DNA from: Octopus bimaculoides
Taxonomy: Eukaryota
Assembly: GCF_001194135.2 (NCBI RefSeq)
Contig: NC_068996.1
Coordinates: 47,183,787-47,216,033, forward strand
Direction of reading: 5' to 3'
DNA: 32,247 nt
In this document: piece by piece, positions 1-11,755 of the stretch
Layout: each line of letters starts with the position of its first letter
Numbering within the stretch: the first letter of the stretch is position 1
Position numbers and translations under genes: made by a program
The notes under the pieces: generated by a model
Seen by the model: only the letters and a program-made list of their open reading frames with translations
Told to the model about the DNA's origin: nothing
The model's database searches: none

Positions 1-190
1 CATACATACATACATACATACATACACACATACATACATACATACATACACACACATACATACATACATACATGCATACACACACATACATACATGCATA
101 AATACACACATGCATGCATACATACATACATACATACATACATACATGCATACACACACACACACACACATACATATATATACACACACA
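1..190. repeat. (ACAT)n/(AC)n microsatellite
   Basis: Direct tandem repeat in the sequence. Confidence 0.95.
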
Positions 191-599
191 CGAATGTATT
201 ATTTATTTTATTATACACATTGTATTATTTTTATTCCGTTTGTTTTAAATGGTATAATGCATACTTCAAGATTACTTTCTGAGTCGCTGAATTTATATTT
301 TCATTGATTTTCTGACAGCTCAAATACATTTCTGTCTTTTACCTACGTTTCATTACACTAGTAAAACGTGCGCACGTCAGGTCAGGTGATGATTTGCTTT
401 TCTTTATGTGCTTGTAGATTCTTGTGGATTCAGTTTTAATTATTGCAATTCTTATTGTTGTATCGATTGTATTCACTGAATTACGGTCATATTGGGGTAC
501 GGTTTTTAAAAAATTTTTTTATCGATCTTTGTAATTCTTTTTGCATGAAGAGATGCAAATAGGCGCAATGTTTTCGTATGAGTGTAGACAAAAACACCC

Positions 600-656
600 A
601 TGCATGCATACATACATACACGTATGCTTGTACCATAATACCCGTATGCATGTATC

Positions 657-687
<31 letters not shown>

Positions 688-739
688 CATACATTTATAC
701 ATACATACATACATACATATATGCATGTAGTATACATAC

Positions 740-776
<37 letters not shown>

Positions 777-1580
777 NNNNNNNNNNNNNNNNNNNNNNNN
801 NNNNNNNNNNNNNNNNNNNNNNNNNNNNNNNNNNNNNNNNNNNNNNNNNNNNNNNNNNNNNNNNNNNNNNNNNNNNNNNNNNNNNNNNNNNNNNNNNNNN
901 NNNNNNNNNNNNNNNNNNNNNNNNNNNNNNNNNNNNNNNNNNNNNNNNNNNNNNNNNNNNNNNNNNNNNNNNNNNNNNNNNNNNNNNNNNNNNNNNNNNN
1001 NNNNNNNNNNNNNNNNNNNNNNNNNNNNNNNNNNNNNNNNNNNNNNNNNNNNNNNNNNNNNNNNNNNNNNNNNNNNNNNNNNNNNNNNNNNNNNNNNNNN
1101 NNNNNNNNNNNNNNNNNNNNNNNNNNNNNNNNNNNNNNNNNNNNNNNNNNNNNNNNNNNNNNNNNNNNNNNNNNNNNNNNNNNNNNNNNNNNNNNNNNNN
1201 NNNNNNNNNNNNNNNNNNNNNNNNNNNNNNNNNNNNNNNNNNNNNNNNNNNNNNNNNNNNNNNNNNNNNNNNNNNNNNNNNNNNNNNNNNNNNNNNNNNN
1301 NNNNNNNNNNNNNNNNNNNNNNNNNNNNNNNNNNNNNNNNNNNNNNNNNNNNNNNNNNNNNNNNNNNNNNNNNATACATACATACATACATACATACATA
1401 CATACATGCATACATACATACATGCATGCATGCATGCATGCATGCATAGATACGTACGTACGTACATACACACACATACACACATATACATATAAACATA
1501 CATATATACATACATACATGCATGCATGCATACATACATATGTACATACATACATACATACATACATACATACATACGTA
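600..1580. repeat. (ACAT)n/(AT)n/(GCAT)n compound microsatellite spanning gap 777-1373
   Basis: The same repeat types flank both sides of the N-run. Confidence 0.9.
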
Positions 1581-1581
1581 G

Positions 1582-1932
1582 ATAACCAAGCTGAAACACA
1601 AACGGCCAGATGTCGTTGTGTGGGACCCCGCCAAATAAAAATATGCTCTGTTTTGTAAATCAGGTGCCCTCTGGACCCTAATGTGGTTAGAAAAACGCAA
1701 GAGAAAGAAGACATCTGTGGACCATTGATGAGGAGTTTGCAAATTCAGTACCCAAGATATACTTTCAGCTTCATATCCATTATTACTGGAGCAACAAGGT
1801 ACATCTGGAGCAAAGCATGGCTGGACTTGGAATCTTGTGGAAAGAATACACATCTTTGATTCATACAGTACAAATGATCACGATGTCTAGGACTATGAAA
1901 ATCTGCAAGATTTTATTAAGATTTAAAGAATG
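1582..1932 (+). pseudogene. C-terminal restriction-like endonuclease (RLE) domain of a non-LTR retrotransposon (R2/R4/NeSL group), degraded and 5'-truncated
   Basis: Manual translation from 1582 gives ITKLKHKRPDVVVWDPAK*. After a frameshift it reads KICSVL*IRCPLDPNVVRKTQEKEDICGPLMRSLQIQYPRYTFSFISIITGA, then LIHTVQMITMSRTMKICKILLRFKE*. This matches the RPD-x-V...E-x-x-CP-x-D...K..EK..Y pattern of RLE domains. Confidence 0.75.
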
Positions 1933-2191
1933 ATGTATAAAACAAGATGCTTTCCTTCACAACCTTGCTACCTCTATACAGGATTATACAGCAAACTCAA
2001 AAAGGCAGCATTTATAAAAAAAGCCGCCTGGGACGCGACTTCTCCCATCGTCCTCCTCCTCCTCTTAACTACGTAACTAATGTCCCCTGATACATATGCT
2101 CCTAGATTCAATAGAACACATTGAGCCGATACTCATAGAAGTACGCCAAATTGCAAACAATACTTGTTGATGTTTTTTTTTATTATCCATA

Positions 2192-2228
2192 GGCGCAGGA
2201 GTGGCTGTGTGGTAAGTAGCTTGCTTAC
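2192..2228 (+). mobile_element. SINE family A, 5' tRNA-derived head only (interrupted)
   Basis: GGCGCAGGAGTGGCTGTGTGGTAAGTAGCTTGCTTAC matches the head of the full copy at 22384 and then breaks abruptly. Confidence 0.85.
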
Positions 2229-4078
2229 TTCCGGTTTGCTCACTGCGCATGTGCGTCAGACTTGCTACTTGCCGACAACAAAGGTAGACATGAGTTTCGG
2301 CTCTGTCTAAAAAAGGAAAAATTGAAGAATTTGCCGGGGTAAGTCGTTTTTGTTGCTCAGCTGGGCAGCAATTTATTGCTTCTATTTATTTTTTTAGTAA
2401 ATTGTTGTCCAGCANNNNNNNNNNNNNNNNNNNNNNNNNNNNNNNNNNNNNNNNNNNNNNNNNNNNNNNNNNNNNNNNNNNNNNNNNNNNNNNNNNNNNN
2501 NNNNNNNNNNNNNNNNNNNNNNNNNNNNNNNNNNNNNNNNNNNNNNNNNNNNNNNNNNNNNNNNNNNNNNNNNNNNNNNNNNNNNNNNNNNNNNNNNNNN
2601 NNNNNNNNNNNNNNNNNNNNNNNNNNNNNNNNNNNNNNNNNNNNNNNNNNNNNNNNNNNNNNNNNNNNNNNNNNNNNNNNNNNNNNNNNNNNNNNNNNNN
2701 NNNNNNNNNNNNNNNNNNNNNNNNNNNNNNNNNNNNNNNNNNNNNNNNNNNNNNNNNNNNNNNNNNNNNNNNNNNNNNNNNNNNNNNNNNNNNNNNNNNN
2801 NNNNNNNNNNNNNNNNNNNNNNNNNNNNNNNNNNNNNNNNNNNNNNNNNNNNNNNNNNNNNNNNNNNNNNNNNNNNNNNNNNNNNNNNNNNNNNNNNNNN
2901 NNNNNNNNNNNNNNNNNNNNNNNNNNNNNNNNNNNNNNNNNNNNNNNNNNNNNNNNNNNNNNNNNNNNNNNNNNNNNNNNNNNNNNNNNNAATTTGTGAA
3001 GGATTTCTCTGTGTTTCTGTTGCTGTGGCCCTGGATTACCTTTACTGGAATACCTTATTGGAATACCTGTAGGCCAGGATTACCGAGTGGCCGGAATTGT
3101 GTTGCTGTGACTTGAACTGTCTTCCTTCCTTCCTTTTCTCTGCTCTGTCTTTCTGTTCTTTTTGTATTTATTTATTTGTTTATTTATTTATTTTTTGCTG
3201 TGAACCTTTTTGTTGAACTTTTCGTTGAACTTTTTTGTGGAACATTTTTTAACCTTTTTTTGAAAGCATGGCAAAAAAGAGTAACACCATGTTGGAGTGG
3301 GAGCTTGTCCCACCCAAGAAATGGTTAAAAGACTTCAGGGAAAGAACGGTGGCGTTACGGACCTACTCTAGGTCAATCGACACCATTACGGTCTTTCACA
3401 AAATTGAAATTGAAACATAGTTAGCAGAACATATGCCAACTATTAAGTTTATGGCAAGGGGTATCAAATACGCGACGGTCTGGTTGCTCTTTGACACCCC
3501 TGAGGTGGCTCGCAAGTTTGCGAGCCAGCCCTTAGAAGGGGAAAAAATTCTGTTTCTTCCGACATACTGTGGGAAGAAATTAACTAGAGCTTGGATCTGT
3601 GGGCTGCCACCCGGCATAGATCCTGATTGGATAGAGGATACTATCCGACGGGGTCTGGGTGGCAGTGGAGCCAAGCTCTTAAATGTGATACTTTTACCTA
3701 CAGCTGATTGGGTTGGGGCAAAAGCGGTTTTGACCCTGTGGACCCAATCAGCCAGGGATCTGATATTTCCGGATTTTTTTAGGATGGTCGGGCATAGGTA
3801 TCCGGTAATTCTTGAGGGACGTAAACCCAAGTGTCACCGGTGTCTGAAGCCCGGTCATATCAAGAAAGACTATCCCCAGGACCAGAGTAAGGTCCTGGAA
3901 CAGTTAACAAATGTTGTTTCCCTCGCTCCCCCAGTGGAGGGAGAGACGGACGAAGTCGAGGAGGTGGAAACCTCCTCGAAAAAAGGAAAAAAAGGAAGAA
4001 GGTGGGCAACAATGGTTGCCCACCGAAAATCGTGGGGGAGGAGGAGGACCTTCCTGCAAAGGCGGAAGTACGCCCTAC
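2229..4078 (+). mobile_element. 5' part of a LINE (Tx1/L1-like by ORF1 type): putative 5' UTR plus ORF1, remainder lost in gap
   Basis: Non-SINE sequence starts at the SINE break, includes a T-rich leader, and leads into a gag-like ORF1. The SINE 3' half resumes after gap 4079-4954. Confidence 0.6.
3268..4078 (+). pseudogene. LINE ORF1 gag-like nucleic-acid-binding protein with CCHC knuckle
   Basis: ATG at 3268 is in frame with track ORF 3433, with one in-frame TAG at 3418-3420. It contains VILEGRKPKCHRCLKPGHIKKDYP (Cx2Cx4Hx4C with the last Cys changed to Tyr) and runs into the gap. Confidence 0.75.
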
Positions 4079-4954
4079 NNNNNNNNNNNNNNNNNNNNNN
4101 NNNNNNNNNNNNNNNNNNNNNNNNNNNNNNNNNNNNNNNNNNNNNNNNNNNNNNNNNNNNNNNNNNNNNNNNNNNNNNNNNNNNNNNNNNNNNNNNNNNN
4201 NNNNNNNNNNNNNNNNNNNNNNNNNNNNNNNNNNNNNNNNNNNNNNNNNNNNNNNNNNNNNNNNNNNNNNNNNNNNNNNNNNNNNNNNNNNNNNNNNNNN
4301 NNNNNNNNNNNNNNNNNNNNNNNNNNNNNNNNNNNNNNNNNNNNNNNNNNNNNNNNNNNNNNNNNNNNNNNNNNNNNNNNNNNNNNNNNNNNNNNNNNNN
4401 NNNNNNNNNNNNNNNNNNNNNNNNNNNNNNNNNNNNNNNNNNNNNNNNNNNNNNNNNNNNNNNNNNNNNNNNNNNNNNNNNNNNNNNNNNNNNNNNNNNN
4501 NNNNNNNNNNNNNNNNNNNNNNNNNNNNNNNNNNNNNNNNNNNNNNNNNNNNNNNNNNNNNNNNNNNNNNNNNNNNNNNNNNNNNNNNNNNNNNNNNNNN
4601 NNNNNNNNNNNNNNNNNNNNNNNNNNNNNNNNNNNNNNNNNNNNNNNNNNNNNNNNNNNNNNNNNNNNNNNNNNNNNNNNNNNNNNNNNNNNNNNNNNNN
4701 NNNNNNNNNNNNNNNNNNNNNNNNNNNNNNNNNNNNNNNNNNNNNNNNNNNNNNNNNNNNNNNNNNNNNNNNNNNNNNNNNNNNNNNNNNNNNNNNNNNN
4801 NNNNNNNNNNNNNNNNNNNNNNNNNNNNNNNNNNNNNNNNNNNNNNNNNNNNNNNNNNNNNNNNNNNNNNNNNNNNNNNNNNNNNNNNNNNNNNNNNNNN
4901 NNNNNNNNNNNNNNNNNNNNNNNNNNNNNNNNNNNNNNNNNNNNNNNNNNNNNN

Positions 4955-5172
4955 GTGCGTGTTTGTGTGTCTGTGTTTGTCCCCTCAACATCGCTTGACA
5001 ACCGATGCTGGTGTGTTTACGTCCCCGTCACTTAGCGGTTCGGCAAAAGAGACCGATAGAATAAGTACTAGGCTTCCAAATAATAAGTCCTGGGGTCGAT
5101 TTGCTCGACTAAAGGCGGTGCTCCAGCATGGCCACAGTTAAATGACTGAAACAAGTAAAAGAGTAAAAGAGT
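4955..5172 (+). mobile_element. SINE family A, 3' half
   Basis: TGTTTGTCCCCTCAACATCGC...GGTGCTCCAGCATGGCCACAGTTAAATGACTGAAACAAGTAAAAGAGTAAAAGAGT, nearly identical to 22590-22803. Confidence 0.9.
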
Positions 5173-5221
5173 ATAGGAATAATGGAATCCATTGTCGTAA
5201 GGCTATGAATTACTATTTCCG

Positions 5222-5250
5222 TGGCAGAAACGTTAGCACGCCGGGCGAAG
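5222..5250 (+). mobile_element. SINE family B head fragment
   Basis: TGGCAGAAACGTTAGCACGCCGGGCGAA is identical to 23899-23926. Confidence 0.7.
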
Positions 5251-5449
5251 CGAACGAGGGAGTCTCTACGTAGTTTCATTGTGGTGCTTGAAATAGATGC
5301 TGAATCTTCCTCAAACCATACGTAACTGTTTTAAAAGAGAGGAGGAACATGCTGGGTAATGTGAAACTCAGTATATTGTGTGTAGGGAAATAAATACGAG
5401 CTGGTTACTTTTAGAGTACCTCTGACCACTGGTCTGCTGCAGCAGGACA

Positions 5450-5488
5450 ATTACTACTACTACTACCACCAACACCACAACCACCAAC

Positions 5489-5552
<64 letters not shown>
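5450..5552. repeat. Compound triplet microsatellite (ACT/ACC/GCT)
   Basis: Direct observation. Confidence 0.9.
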
Positions 5553-5553
<1 letters not shown>

Positions 5554-6371
5554 AGGGCAGTGATAAAAAGTTAAAATGCGCTGACGAGACAAAGAAAAAG
5601 CAAAATATGCAGACAGGACAGGGCTAAAAAAAAAACAAACCAAAAAGCGAATCTGCACAGTTAAGACAGGGAGAAAAAGGAAAGCGTGCAGACAGGATAG
5701 TGTAGGGCAGAGATAAAAAAAAGGTAACATGAACAGACAAAGCAGGGATGGGATAAAAATAAGTAATATATACAGACAGGGTACGGATAAAAAGGTGAAA
5801 TGCACAAAATCTCACGCTGCTACGCATAAGATATATCACTGCAAAACTGAATGAATAGTGTGGTCTTCAGGAGCTATGATACATTTGGAAAACAATGGAA
5901 TTTTCCGCCTGTTATAGCCAATTTGTTAATTTGTAGTTTAAAAGTTCATCTCCAAGACATGTTAGGGCAAGTTTTCTTCTGAAAGATTCACAGTTGCCTT
6001 TGTATTCGATCTGTCCTGTTTCTTTGTTTCTCTCTCTCTCTTTTTTTCCTTTTCTCTTTCTCTCGCAATCTCTCTCCATGCCACCAATGTTACCTAAAGT
6101 AAAAACAACGGCAGATACAGCATGGCGTCAGTATATTTGTGCCTTTTAACGATATAAGTTTTTAAGGGTGCATGAGAATGATTTGGCTGCTGTTTCTAAG
6201 AAGCCAAGTTTACACAAGAAACTTTTTTAAGACAACACTGACGCTTTGTGGCTTTCTGCAGTATATCCATGCATGTTAAGTAAGATGTATAGAATGCTAT
6301 TCTTTCAAGTAATTTTCTTTTGTCTACTAATAATTTATTGGCAACCATAGTTATTGATCACGTTGGTAATT

Positions 6372-6390
6372 TGAAGAGAGAAAGAGAGAT

Positions 6391-6436
<46 letters not shown>

Positions 6437-6695
6437 AGTGTGAGAGAGAGAGAGAGAGAGTGTGAGAGAGAGAGAGAGAGAGAGAGTGTGTGTGNNNNNN
6501 NNNNNNNNNNNNNNNNNNNNNNNNNNNNNNNNNNNNNNNNNNNNNNNNNNNNNNNNNNNNNNNNNNNNNNNNNNNNNNNNNNNNNNNNNNNNNNNNNNNN
6601 NNNNNNNNNNNNNNNNNNNNNNNNNNNNNNNNNNNNNNNNNNNNNNNNNNNNNNNNNNNNNNNNNNNNNNNNNNNNNNNNNNNNNNNNNNNNNNN

Positions 6696-6728
<33 letters not shown>
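6372..6728. repeat. (AGAT)n/(AG)n microsatellite spanning gap 6495-6695
   Basis: Direct observation. Confidence 0.9.
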
Positions 6729-6731
<3 letters not shown>

Positions 6732-6964
6732 TAACAGACTATCGTATTCGCTATTTTCGATGCGTTCTCAGCCAAGAAATTTCGCCATCATGTAACCATT
6801 TCTAACATAATTGTTTCCTCTCATCCGTTGCTTCCAGAGTAATTTCGTTGAAGGCATCACTGCATACCTTTTTTTTTTTTCTATTATATTTGAATGATCC
6901 AAGGAAGGATACACAAGACTGGTTTCCTGTTGTTTTAATGCTGTTGTCATTGTTGCTGTTGTTG

Positions 6965-7119
6965 CTGTCTAGCTCAGATTCCAGATTAATTCCGATCAAT
7001 CAGTTCAAGGGGAAAATTATTCCAATCATGACTACTGTATTTTTATATTCTTATCTTCTCTGCCCACTTTTGTTTTTTAACGGTGCATGAGAATGATTTG
7101 GCTGTTGTTTCTAAGAAGC
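6965..7119 (+). repeat. Unclassified interspersed repeat (family C), related to 6159-6204 and 19685-19885
   Basis: Shares GTGCATGAGAATGATTTGGCTG-TGTTTCTAAGAAGC with 6159-6204. A looser GTGTGATTTGAG-ACGATTTGG-GTGTTTCT match occurs near 19820-19850. Confidence 0.45.
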
Positions 7120-7424
7120 TGATAGGAAGCCTAGAAATATCCACCTTTGCTCATGCATCATTCTTTTTTCTTTCTTTTTTTCTTTTTGATTATGAGAGTT
7201 TCCTGTGTGGCGTATACTGTTCACGAAAGCTCTCGGTTTCTTTTCTAACTTTCTGCAATAAAAATGTATAAACATTGATGTACCAAGTTCTATTTCTTGT
7301 GCTTTTTTTCAACCAACTTTTTATATTAAAACATTTGTTAAGCATTATGAGACAAAGAAGACAACAGAATGAACTTTCAAATACAACTTTTATATGTATG
7401 TGTGTATATGCATACATACATACA

Positions 7425-7460
<36 letters not shown>

Positions 7461-7679
7461 TAATCATAAATATATAGGGATTAGCAGAAAACCTGCTTCT
7501 CCAACATACTGAGAATTCAGAAACAGCAGCCAAAGAACTACTGATTCTAAAACTACAAATTTTCTGTAATTGATAGCGATATTTATGGTACACACAGAAC
7601 TAAAGACAGAAGAGAAGAGTAAAAAAACAAACCTGCCTTTAATTAATTTGGTACGAATCGTTTCACGATTAGTGGTACC

Positions 7680-7779
7680 ATGTCTATGTGCCTGCCTATC
7701 TGTCTGCCTGCCTGCCGGCCTGTCTGCGTGTCTGCCTGTCTGGCTGCGTGTCTGTTTATCTAATCTGCTAGTCCGTTTG

Positions 7780-7830
<51 letters not shown>

Positions 7831-7942
7831 GTCTGTCTGTCTTCTGTCTGTCTGTCTGTCTGTCTGTCTGTACGTATGTATGTATGTATGTATGCATGTA
7901 CTTATGTATGTATGTATGTATGTATGTATGTATGTATGTATG

Positions 7943-7988
<46 letters not shown>

Positions 7989-7990
7989 AC
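7680..7990. repeat. Compound tetranucleotide microsatellite (CTGC/CTGT/CTAT/GTAT)
   Basis: Direct observation. Confidence 0.9.
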
Positions 7991-8534
7991 AATCTATGTA
8001 CACATACATATACACGCTTTAAATCTCATAATTTCTTCATCAGTAGACTTCTCGTAAAATCTAACTTTCAATAGGAAAAAGAAAAGCGATGAAAACAAAA
8101 ACAAACAGACAAAAAACAAAAAATCTCACAGCCTGTCAATGTATCCGTTATTTCTTATTCAAAGTATTCGGCATTTAGTCTTAAACGTTAAGAGTAGGAC
8201 TGACGAAAGAAATTAAAACTCTTCGACATGATTTATCGACTTCAAATATAGTCGTTGCAATAAAAGTTTCATAACCAAGCTAGTGAAAAAGCTATCTATG
8301 TTCCTCAGACGTTTGATTTATTTGTTTTTAGTTATTATTGGTTAAGTAATATTAATATAACACCAAGAACCAATATCTTCTCCTTGTGCTTGTTCTTGTT
8401 CGCTGCTTAACGGTGTAGAAAATTACTTCATCGTGTTTTTCTGTTTGATATTTCCTCACTTATGTTGACATGAAAGACTGAGAAAAATTCTGTTACAAAC
8501 AATGATTTTTATAGCTGTGTTTGCCGTTGATATA

Positions 8535-8606
8535 GTCATCGTCGTCGTCGTTGTTGTTGTGGTTGTTGCTGTTATTATTGTTGATATTGCTGCTGTTGTT
8601 ATTGTT

Positions 8607-8657
<51 letters not shown>

Positions 8658-8670
8658 GTCATCATCATCA
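8535..8670. repeat. (GTT)/(ATC)n triplet microsatellite
   Basis: Direct observation. Confidence 0.9.
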
Positions 8671-8714
8671 TTTTTCATGCCATCAAAGTGATACAGGGGT
8701 AAAATATGCGAAGC

Positions 8715-10041
8715 CCAGGTTAAGGTTCTTCATCTAATTCAGGGTTAATGCCAAGTCCCTTGGCGAATTTGCAAGCTTCCTTGACAATAGAACGTGATTC
8801 TTTGCTGCTTTCGTGTTTGCACTCAACCCTCTGTACTAGTTAAGCACCTGCTCATTGCTACTGTGGAGATCTTTATAGCACAATTCTACCTGCATCATTC
8901 CTCTTTCCCCTATTACTTCTAGGGAGGTACAAACGATCAACGTCTGCTTTTTGGTGGTGTATATTCTCAGATATTAGTAGTTTTCTTGTCTTCCTGTCCA
9001 CGTGTTGGAGCTCTGTAAGATTCCAGTTACTGATGTTACAACTGTATTAGGCGACTGGAAATGCCAGAGTGTTAACGGCTTCGATGCGATTTTGGAGCTA
9101 TGTTCAGTTTTTACTATGAGTCTTAACTCCTGTAATAGGCCCTTCTCATTTTCTCGTTCGTAGTAGCATGTTGTATACCGTCTCCTTCGTTTATCCCCAG
9201 GTATTTATAACTTTCTTGTGGATCAAGCTCCTTGATGCTGACGTCGGTATCTAATTTAATGGAAGCTGTTTGCCTAGACTTGCCTCTTACACAAGTTGCT
9301 TTAGCACGCTTATCAAGAACAAAATTCATCTCGTTGTTATTGTTGAATTCTTTAACAATCGTTAGCAGCCCTACTAACTCTTCGCCATTTCTAGCAAACA
9401 GCTTCAGATCGTCCATATAAAACAGATGGTTTACTATAATATTATACACTTTGAACCCGTACCTGGTGTTTCTCAGTTCGTTTGAGAGTGGGATCAGTGC
9501 CATGCAAAAGAGTAATTGGAAGAGGAAGTCACCTTGAAAGATGCCTCGTTTGATGTTGATGTTAGATTGGCTCATCCCGTTACTATGGTTTGGAAGGAGA
9601 CGCGTACTCCACTTAGCCATGCTACTTTGTAAGAATCTGGAGACTACAGGAGAGATCTTATATATTTCAAGGGCCTTGAGAAGCCAATTATGTGGTACAC
9701 TATCAAACACTTTCCTGTAGTCTATCTATGCTATACTCAGGTTCTTCTTGTTGCTCCGGCAATTCTCTAGTCATTTTACTTATGAGTAATTTATCTTTGC
9801 GTCCATAAGAATTCCTTTTACAACCTTTTTGAGCTTGTGGAAGGATAGAGTTCTGTTCCAGGAAAGTGTATATTCTTTCAGTTAGTATGGATGTAAGGAT
9901 CTTGTAGGGGGTGTTGAGACATGTTATTGGTCGGTAGTTCTTTGGATTTTGCATCTCTTTAGCTTTTGGTAGAAGGTATGTTGTTCCTTCGGTCAGCCAG
10001 GCAGGTATTTTCTCTGGGTTCTGGTTGACATCAGTTAGGGA

Positions 10042-10043
<2 letters not shown>
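8715..10043 (-). mobile_element. R4/Dong-type non-LTR retrotransposon, RT-domain fragment (degraded, frameshifted)
   Basis: Track ORFs 9703-10128 (WLTEGTTYLLPK..NPKNYRPITCLNTPYKILTSIL) and 9123-9710 (FDSVPHNWL..RGIFQGD..HLFYMDDLKLFA..YKYLGI). Manual translation continues with NRIEAVNTLAFPVA*YSCNISNW..DRKTRKLL..HHQKADVDRLYLPR and KHESSKESRSIVKEA. Confidence 0.85.
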
Positions 10044-10078
<35 letters not shown>

Positions 10079-11545
10079 TTATGTTTGACTTTTGTTTTGC
10101 ATTTGTACAAGTTGGATCCAAGTCTCACCCAGAGACCTCAAGAGACAACAAGTTAAGAAGTTCATGTAGGTGTTATGCCTAGGGTACCATATATTTGGAT
10201 TTGTACAGTTTTGTTCAAGTGAATGTTTAAGAAACCATAAGAAAATTNNNNNNNNNNNNNNNNNNNNNNNNNNNNNNNNNNNNNNNNNNNNNNNNNNNNN
10301 NNNNNNNNNNNNNNNNNNNNNNNNNNNNNNNNNNNNNNNNNNNNNNNNNNNNNNNNNNNNNNNNNNNNNNNNNNNNNNNNNNNNNNNNNNNNNNNNNNNN
10401 NNNNNNNNNNNNNNNNNNNNNNNNNNNNNNNNNNNNNNNNNNNNNNNNNNNNNNNNNNNNNNNNNNNNNNNNNNNNNNNNNNNNNNNNNNNNNNNNNNNN
10501 NNNNNNNNNNNNNNNNNNNNNNNNNNNNNNNNNNNNNNNNNNNNNNNNNNNNNNNNNNNNNNNNNNNNNNNNNNNNNNNNNNNNNNNNNNNNNNNNNNNN
10601 NNNNNNNNNNNNNNNNNNNNNNNNNNNNNNNNNNNNNNNNNNNNNNNNNNNNNNNNNNNNNNNNNNNNNNNNNNNNNNNNNNNNNNNNNNNNNNNNNNNN
10701 NNNNNNNNNNNNNNNNNNNNNNNNNNNNNNNNNNNNNNNNNNNNNNNNNNNNNNNNNNNNNNNNNNNNNNNNNNNNNNNNNNNNNNNNNNNNNNNNNNNN
10801 NNNNNNNNNNNNNNNNNNNNNNNNNNNNNNNNNNNNNNNNNNNNNNNNNNNNNNNNNNNNNNNNNNNNNNNNNNNNNNNNNNNNNNNNNNNNNNNNNNNN
10901 NNNNNNNNNNNNNNNNNNNNNNNNNNNNNNNNNNNNNNNNNNNNNNNNNNNNNNNNNNNNNNNNNNNNNNNNNNNNNNNNNNNNNNNNNNNNNNNNNNNN
11001 NNNNNNNNNNNNNNNNNNNNNNNNNNNNNNNNNNNNNNNNNNNNNNNNNNNNNNNNNNNNNNNNNNNNNNNNNNNNNNNNNNNNNNNNNNNNNNNNNNNN
11101 NNNNNNNNNNNNNNNNNNNNNNNNNNNNNNNNNNNNNNAAGGCAGCAATTTTAGCACGGGTTTTCAAGCGCTTAGCTTTTTCTGCAGGTGTTTCTAGTTC
11201 GTCTAATTCTTGAATTTGTTGCAATTGGAATTCACTTAGATAGTCCTTTGCCTGTTTTGTTACTGAGTAAGATGCTTTCTTGCTTTCATGTTTTAAGACA
11301 AGTTTTAGCATCCAGTCCTCAGAGTTTTTCAGATAGGTGTCTAGGCCAATTGTGGCTACCTTCATTGATAATGCCAGCTGTAGAAGTCCTCGGCCTCCCT
11401 CTTTTCTTGGCAGATAAAGACGTTCTATATCTGCCTTAGGGTGGTGCATTCTATGCATTGTCAACAGTTTTCGTATTTTTCTGTCAACATTACATATTTC
11501 AGTAATTGACCAGTTAACGATATTGAAACTGTAAGTCACGACTGG
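10044..11545 (-). mobile_element. R4/Dong-type retrotransposon, 5'-truncated copy with 3' UTR and (AAT)n tail; CCHC/RLE region hidden in gap 10248-11138
   Basis: PVVTYSFNIVNWSITEICNVDRKIRKLLTMHRMHHPKADIERLYLPRKEGGRGLLQL is uninterrupted up to the gap. The 3' end reads ...GGATCCAACTTGTACAAATGCAAAACAAAAGTCAAACATAAAATAATAAT. Confidence 0.9.
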
Positions 11546-11755
11546 TGGTGGTGGTGGTGTTGTTGTTGTTGTTGTTGATGTTTTTGTTATTGTTATTGTT
11601 TTTGTTATTGTTATTGTTATTGTCATTGTCATTGTTATTGTTATTGTTATTGTTGTTACTGTTGTTATTGTTATAATTATTATTATTATTATTATTATTA
11701 TTGTTATTGTTATTGTTGTTGTTGTTGTTGTTATTATTATTATGATGTTATCATC
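11546..11755. repeat. Compound (GGT)/(GTT)/(ATT)n microsatellite
   Basis: Direct observation; abuts the 5' truncation point of the R4 copy. Confidence 0.9.

Noticed and set aside
94-1714. Long ORFs such as 519-1853, 541-1449 and 655-1599
   Set aside because: They are translations of microsatellites and N-runs, not proteins. The same applies to all X-rich and homopolymeric ORFs elsewhere in the track.
5368-5805. 145-aa minus-strand ORF with poly-Ala/Val
   Set aside because: Read-through of a triplet microsatellite and a degenerate minisatellite, with no domain signal.
7478-7570. Protein-like stretch GLAENLLLQHTENSETAAKELLILKLQIFCN after an AG and before GTAATT, a possible host exon
   Set aside because: No polypyrimidine tract, no recognisable homology and no partner exons. 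It would need RNA-seq to support.
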